DNA of 60,044 nt from Eledone cirrhosa (Eukaryota), in NCBI GenBank assembly GCA_964016885.1, contig CAXHJY010000594.1:1-60044 (forward strand), read 5' to 3'. This document shows positions 52,590 through 60,044 of the stretch, piece by piece (within the stretch, counting starts at the first letter, position 1; each line of letters begins with the position of its first letter). The position numbers and the translations under genes are program-made. Under the pieces are notes generated by a model. It ran no database searches. It worked only from the letters and a program-made list of their open reading frames with translations, and was not told the origin of the DNA.

Positions 52590-52850
52590 TGCTGCCCCCA
52601 CCGTGACTGCTGCATTAGCCATTCCACCTCTTAGAGCTCCTTCAAGCGGGATGCTCTCCTCCCGATTTCTTGGGAGAAATGACAGTCCGGCCACCTAAGA
52701 CGCCAGAAGTCTCGATAGCGACTCAAGCGGTCAGTCAAATCCCGATATTTAGTCATCTTCCGGTGCTCTGCGTTGAGGGCGGCGGTACCTGGATGTGTGG
52801 TACCGGACTCAGAACACATGGCGTCCCAAATAACTGATGCCCCTTCCAAA
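52590..52850 (-). pseudogene. Restriction-like endonuclease relic of a CRE-type non-LTR retrotransposon
   Basis: VIWDAMC...GTAALNAEHRKMTKY...VAIETSGVLG...EIGRR...NAAV, across frameshifts. Confidence 0.65.
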
Positions 52851-53890
52851 GATTTATATATTTACATTTTAGCGTATGGGTACGTGGGTACGTGTTGTTT
52901 ACACATACACATGCGCGAGCACGCACATATATGTACATATAGATTTAAATATGCCCACATATAAATATACAAGCATATATATGCAGACTTATGCACATAC
53001 ACACCTACACTTATATATATATATTTATATATATATATATATTCAGACATATGGACACACACCTACACAAACACATATGTATATATATATACTTATACAC
53101 GCCACGCATACACACACACACACACACTTACACACACATATATTTACACAAACACAGTCGTTTCGTTATACAACCTTTTACAAGAATACATGTAAAAAAT
53201 ACTTATATGCACGAACATTAATGTTCATATATTATTTTTACACACACACATATGCACATATTTGTAGATACACATGTAGATGCATGTGTATATGTGTTTG
53301 AAGAGAGAGAGAGGGAGAGAGAGAGTGAGAGAGAGGGGGGTGAGGGGGAGAAGGAGGAAGTACAAGGTTAGATGATTCACGTAGTTAGCTGTACCCTGCT
53401 GTCTAAATCAATGTCGTCTGCTTTTGTTTGTTGTGGCTAATAATCGAGAGATTAATTTCATACACTCATACACATACACTCTCTCTCACACACACCATAA
53501 CACACAGACACACACCACACCACAGCACACCACATCACACACACGCAAACAAACAGATAGACAGAGTATCTTTCATTCAAAACACTTCCTATCATCTTCC
53601 TTTCTCCTCTTCACTATAGACTTCTCGTTCCATTACTCTTTTTCTAGCCTTTTCCTCTCTTAATTCCATTCAATCTCTCGCCATCTACCCGTTTACTCTT
53701 TACCCCGTCTCTCTCATTCTCATTCCCTTTCTCTACTTCCTATTTTTTCCACCTTCACTCTTTGCTTACTTTAACTCTCCCCCTTTTCTACCTCTTGCTG
53801 GTACTTTCCCCACATTCAGTCCCTCATACTTTCTCTCTATCTCACTCTCTGTTTCTTTCCTTTTCACTCAACCTTTAATTATCTCACACA

Positions 53891-53892
<2 letters not shown>

Positions 53893-53971
<79 letters not shown>

Positions 53972-54364
53972 TCTCTCTCTATCCTCTCATATGACTCAAT
54001 CTTTCATTCTAATATCTCTTCCCCTTCCTTTCTCCCCTCTCCCCCCTCTCTCTCTCCTTCTTTCTCTTACACACTCCTCGTTAGCCAACGTAAAAGTTAC
54101 TACGTGGTCATTCAACTTGCTAGAAATAGCAACCAAATCTCATTTAAATCACTTTCTCCATTGACTTACAAAATGTCGGTGGGATTGAATAGTCATGGAT
54201 TATATAGTTAACATGGGATGGTCACAGTTGGAATGCCTTTGAACATAGTTCTTCTCGATCAGAGCTGATCTAAACAACAAGAACTCTTCATTGTATTCCA
54301 GCTACTTTTAAAAAAAAGTTTTCTCCCTTTGCATCATTTAACGCCCTCAATTCTCCCTAGAGTT

Positions 54365-54438
<74 letters not shown>

Positions 54439-54495
54439 CTCTCTCTCTCTCTCTATCTATATTTCTCTCTCTATATATATATATATCTCTCTCTC
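53893..54495. repeat. Two (CT)n tracts (53893-53980, 54369-54495) around a degenerate repeat
   Basis: Visible runs. Confidence 0.85.
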
Positions 54496-55489
54496 TTCTA
54501 CTCAGTCCCACCTTTCAAATTTCCATTCGCAATTTTTCTCTTTTAACCTTTATCGACTCTCACGACATGATATTTCCGCGTGGTTCCAAGATTGGTGGGA
54601 GAAGTGGGTAGGATAAACCAGGGCTGATGGAAGATTCTCAGACAGGAGACCCGGTTCAAATGCTTGCAATAACGACGCAGGTGTGCCTGAGTAGTTAAGA
54701 AGTTCGCTTCACAATCGTGAGGCTCTGGGTTTGATCCCACTGCACGGATCCCACTGCACGGCATCTTAGGAAAGTGCCTTTAATGTTGCCTCACAACACC
54801 TTAAGCCATGTGTGACTCGTTGAGTGTATTGTGTCTGTATAGTCGATCACATATATGCCCCAGTGTATCACTGGTACATATTTTATTGACCTCTGAAAAA
54901 GTGAAAGTCAAAATTGGCCTCGAAAAGACTTAAATCCTTAACGTAAATCGCCATGGCTATTCACAGCAAGAATGTATCACGCGACTTTGTAACAAAGTCA
55001 CTGCCAACGAGGGAGCTTCTACGTGGTCACTTGACATGCTAGAAGTATAAAACAAGTGCCCTCAAATAAAGCCCTCCATTTCCATTGGACAATGTAGTCC
55101 GAGTTACACTAAAAGATGGAATAGTTAAGGATTGAATTCCATTGCTCAATCATAACTGATCTGGATCTCAACGACTCACCACTCTACCCCCCAAACAGCA
55201 TGTCTTACCCTGACGTAAATTCACTCGAACACGCGGGATTTATCCAGGGAAGGAAGGGCTGTGTCCACAACCTTTTCAAGGTTCCTGAAATGGAAAAGAA
55301 GATGTGAAGAAACTATCCTTACTTCGAAGATCTGGCTCAGATAACTGGGGCTATATGGTGGCGTTAAACCAGATGATGAATTAAGTTCACAGCAGGATTT
55401 GAACTCAATAACACAATTCTTCCCATCCAATGCTCTAAGAATTTCGCGATTCCACCACCTCAAACGAGTAATTTATTTTATCGATTTCA

Positions 55490-56480
55490 GTAGTTATTTT
55501 GTACATTATTTAAACAACACCAGTTGTTCAATAGTACTTTATATAGTCAACTATTCCAATAAATAATTAGTACTTCATTTTATCAATTCACGTACTTGAC
55601 TGGTACCTTATTTTACCAACAACACCTGATACTTGACAGGTACTTTATTTTATCAACCACAGTAGATAACTGGTACTTTATTTTATGAGTCTCAGTATCT
55701 ACTTTATTTTATTCCTAACACTTGACTACTACTGTGATTTATCAACCAAAATAGTTAATTAGTAATTTGTTTCATCAATCCCAGAAGTTAACTGGTACAT
55801 AATTTCATTAATTCCAGTAGTTAACAAGTACTGCTTTCACCAGTCCAAGTAATTAACTGGTACATTATTTTATTACTAACCTTAGTAGATAATTGATACA
55901 TGATAGAATCAAACGTGAGTGTTGGTCTGTGAAACATATATATACACCAGATCCAAACACAAAGGAACCAAACGCCCTCTGCCACTGCCTCCGTTTCTCC
56001 CGTCCTCCCCATCTCTCACTATTATGAGCAAATGGGGGCCCACGCGCTAGCTGCCCCACTTTATCAACAAACCTAGTAGTTAATTAATACTTCATTTTAT
56101 CAGCCCAAGTACTTGACTGGTACTATATTTTACCAACAACCTCTGTACCAAACTGGTACATTATTTTATTAAAATCTCGTAGTTAACTGGTACTATATTT
56201 TACCAACAACCTCTGTACCAAACTGGTACATTATTTTATTAAAATCTCGTAGTTAACTGGTACTATATTTTACCAACAACCTCTGTACCAAACTGGTACA
56301 TTATTTTATTAAAATCTCGTAGTTAACTGGTACTATATTTTACCAACAACCTCTGTACCAAACTGGTACATTATTTTATTAAAATTTCGTAGTTAACTGG
56401 TACTATATTTTACCAACAACCTCTGTACCAAACTGGTACATTATTTTATTAAAATCTCGTAGGTAACTGGTACTATATTC
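55490..56480. repeat. Satellite-like array of 32-36 bp ACTGGTAC units ending in five near-perfect 70-bp dimers (56116-56478)
   Basis: tactatatt recurs at 56121, 56191, 56261, 56331, 56401 and 56471. Confidence 0.92.
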
Positions 56481-56974
56481 TCTTAATTCTTGAAAGATAA
56501 CACAAAATATATTAACAAGTAAAATCTGTAAGCTGAGAAAACTTTTTAAACTTATAGAATTTGCATTACACTGTTTTTAACACACATACATACACACTCT
56601 CACACAGACTGACACACACGTGCCCATACAGACACACATGTATGTATGTATGTATGTATGTATGTATGTATGTATGTATGTATGTATGTATGTATGTATG
56701 TATGTATGTATGTATGTATGTATGTATGTCTCTCTCTGTCTGTATATATGCATTTGTGTATGTGTCTGTGTGTCTGTCTGTATGCATGCATGCATGTATG
56801 TATGTATGCATGTATGTATAGTGTGCATGCATGTTCGTCTGTATGTATGTATGTATTTATTTATGTATTTATGTATGTCTGTGTGTATGTATATACATAG
56901 GTATGTATGTACGTTCGTATGTATGTATATATATGTACGTTCGTATGTATGTATGTATGTATGTATGTATGTAT

Positions 56975-57581
56975 GTCAGGTCACCAGTTGGTGCTACTGG
57001 TAACATGTATCCCAGTACAACCTGTCTCATGGTCGGGTCGTTGGCGACTAAACTGGCAACCCCACCAAGGTTTCTTGGTGAGGAGGGTGACTTTGGACAT
57101 CCTGCAGGACTAAAAACAAAACCTGTCAAAGGGCAAGGGAGCTCTTAAGAGTCAATAGCCATCCAAAATCACCGGGAGAGATGACCCCTTAGCCTTTGTC
57201 AAGGCAGAATTCTAGGAGAAGGAAAACTCTGATATAACACCTGCAATCCTGATGGTATCCAATGATGTTGACCTGTTCTTCTTTTTGGTAAATATCATCT
57301 TGGTTAAGAGAGTGGGACTGGCTTTGTGCAGTGCCTTTGCTCACTATAAAAGCTTCACAGCACAGGCATTGCTTTATATCTGGAGATCTCTCTGCACTTG
57401 TCATCACATGGTACCCATGGGCCCTGCACTATGTGTCAATAATGGTCACAAGTGTAGTCTTTGTACCAGAGTTTTCAAGTCGCTGGCTGGACTAAAGTCA
57501 CATTCGTTCAGCGCATCGGTAGGGGTTCTCCTACATGGATATAAAGTAGTGGCCGTACTCGAAAACGAGTTGGCAGCCACC
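56975..57581 (+). mobile_element. Non-autonomous RTE-derived element (family R1) within (TATG)n
   Basis: Copy of 47920-48523, with (TATG)n on both flanks. Confidence 0.85.
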
Positions 57582-57829
57582 ATGTATGTATGTATGTATG
57601 TATGTATGTATGTATGTATGAATGTATGAATGTATGTCATGTATGTATGTATGTATGTATGTATGTATGTATGTATGTATGTATGTATGTGTGTGTGTGT
57701 TGTAATAATACACATTTACGGGAGGTATGAAGTATGTGTGTGTATGTGTATGTGTGTATTTAATTTATCAAGTAAAGTTACTCTTCATAAATCTTTTCCC
57801 ATTTCACCCTGAACTAATCATATGCGCGT

Positions 57830-59110
<1,281 letters not shown>

Positions 59111-59249
59111 CAAACAAGACTAAAACAATGCACTTTCTGCATTATTCTGTTACTATGGCAACGACAAATTTCTTTTCTAAAACAACAACAACAACAACCA
59201 ACAAGAAGAAGAAGGGTGGTAGGGCAACAACAAGAACAATAAAATATTC

Positions 59250-59284
<35 letters not shown>

Positions 59285-59494
59285 CTACTAGCATGATATA
59301 ATAAAATAGTGCAGCAATGCCATATGATGAATGTAAGCAGTTAATGACCCTAGCGGTATGACTGTGTGGTGGGGGTGGTGGCAGGGTCTCTCTGGTAGAG
59401 AGAGGAGGGTCATTGACAGGAACAGTATTTCAATCTAGGGACGGATGGTGTGGGGGTGACGATGAGGAGTTGGGTCAAATAGAGATGTTGTGAT

Positions 59495-59971
59495 AGAGAG
59501 TGGGAGAGAGAGAGAGAGAGGGAGAATGTGGTGTGAAGGAGAGAGAGAGAGAGAGAGGAGGGTGGGTGGGAATATGTTATTGAGAGAGAGTGAGGTAGAG
59601 AGTGAGAGAGCAAGAAAAGGGTGAAAAGGAGAGAGAAGGAGTGGGAATATGTTATTGAGAGAGAGGGAGAGAGAGAAAGAGAGAGGTAGAGAGAGAGGAC
59701 GAGAGTGAGAGGACGAGAATGAGGTGTGAAGGAGAGAGAGAGGAAGAGAGAGAGAGAGAGAGAGAGAGAATGAGAGAGCGAGAATGAGGTGTGAAGGAGA
59801 AAGAGAGAGAGAGAGAGTAGAGAGCAAGAGAGAGAGAGAGAGAGATTGAGAGAGTGAGAATAAAAGGAGAGAGAGAGAGGAAGAGAGAGAAGAAGAGAGA
59901 GAGAGAGAGAGAATGAGAGAGCGAGAATGAGGTGTGAAGGAGAAAGAGAGAGAGAGAGAGAGAGTAGAGAG

Positions 59972-60026
<55 letters not shown>

Positions 60027-60044
60027 GAGAGAGAGATTGAGAGA
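59495..60044. repeat. (GA)n-rich polypurine tract with a repeated gagaatgaggtgtgaagg unit
   Basis: Visible. Confidence 0.9.

Noticed and set aside
56116-56478. Regular array superficially like CRISPR
   Set aside because: The intervening sequences are identical and not unique spacers, there are no cas genes, and the context is eukaryotic.

Overview
Repeat-saturated, AT-rich animal genomic DNA. The SINE sequences and microsatellite load look like an octopus/cephalopod genome, which is an inference from pattern recognition. No host gene can be supported, and most ORFs in the track are translations of (TA)n, (CA)n, (TATG)n or (GA)n microsatellites. The window holds: (1) a near full-length but frameshifted Tx1/L1-clade retrotransposon (29407-35310, minus) plus three related partial copies; (2) more than 20 copies of a tRNA-derived SINE whose 3' end and (ATT)n tail resemble the Tx1 3' end, chained head-to-tail with the Tx1 copies; (3) a decayed CR1-group LINE, Rex3/Expander RTE 3' ends, two families of internally deleted RTE derivatives (one with an HDV-like ribozyme fold), a CRE-like endonuclease relic and a mariner transposase relic; (4) Helitron-like non-autonomous elements, a hAT-type MITE and a mariner-type MITE; (5) about ten hammerhead-ribozyme motifs in Penelope-like fragments between (TA)n tracts, several inside fold-back inverted repeats; (6) two higher-order tandem arrays, one built from the SINE core. 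The best leads are the putative Tx1-SINE partnership with (ATT)/TTATT targeting and the ribozyme collection. All structures were folded by eye, and repeat boundaries are approximate.
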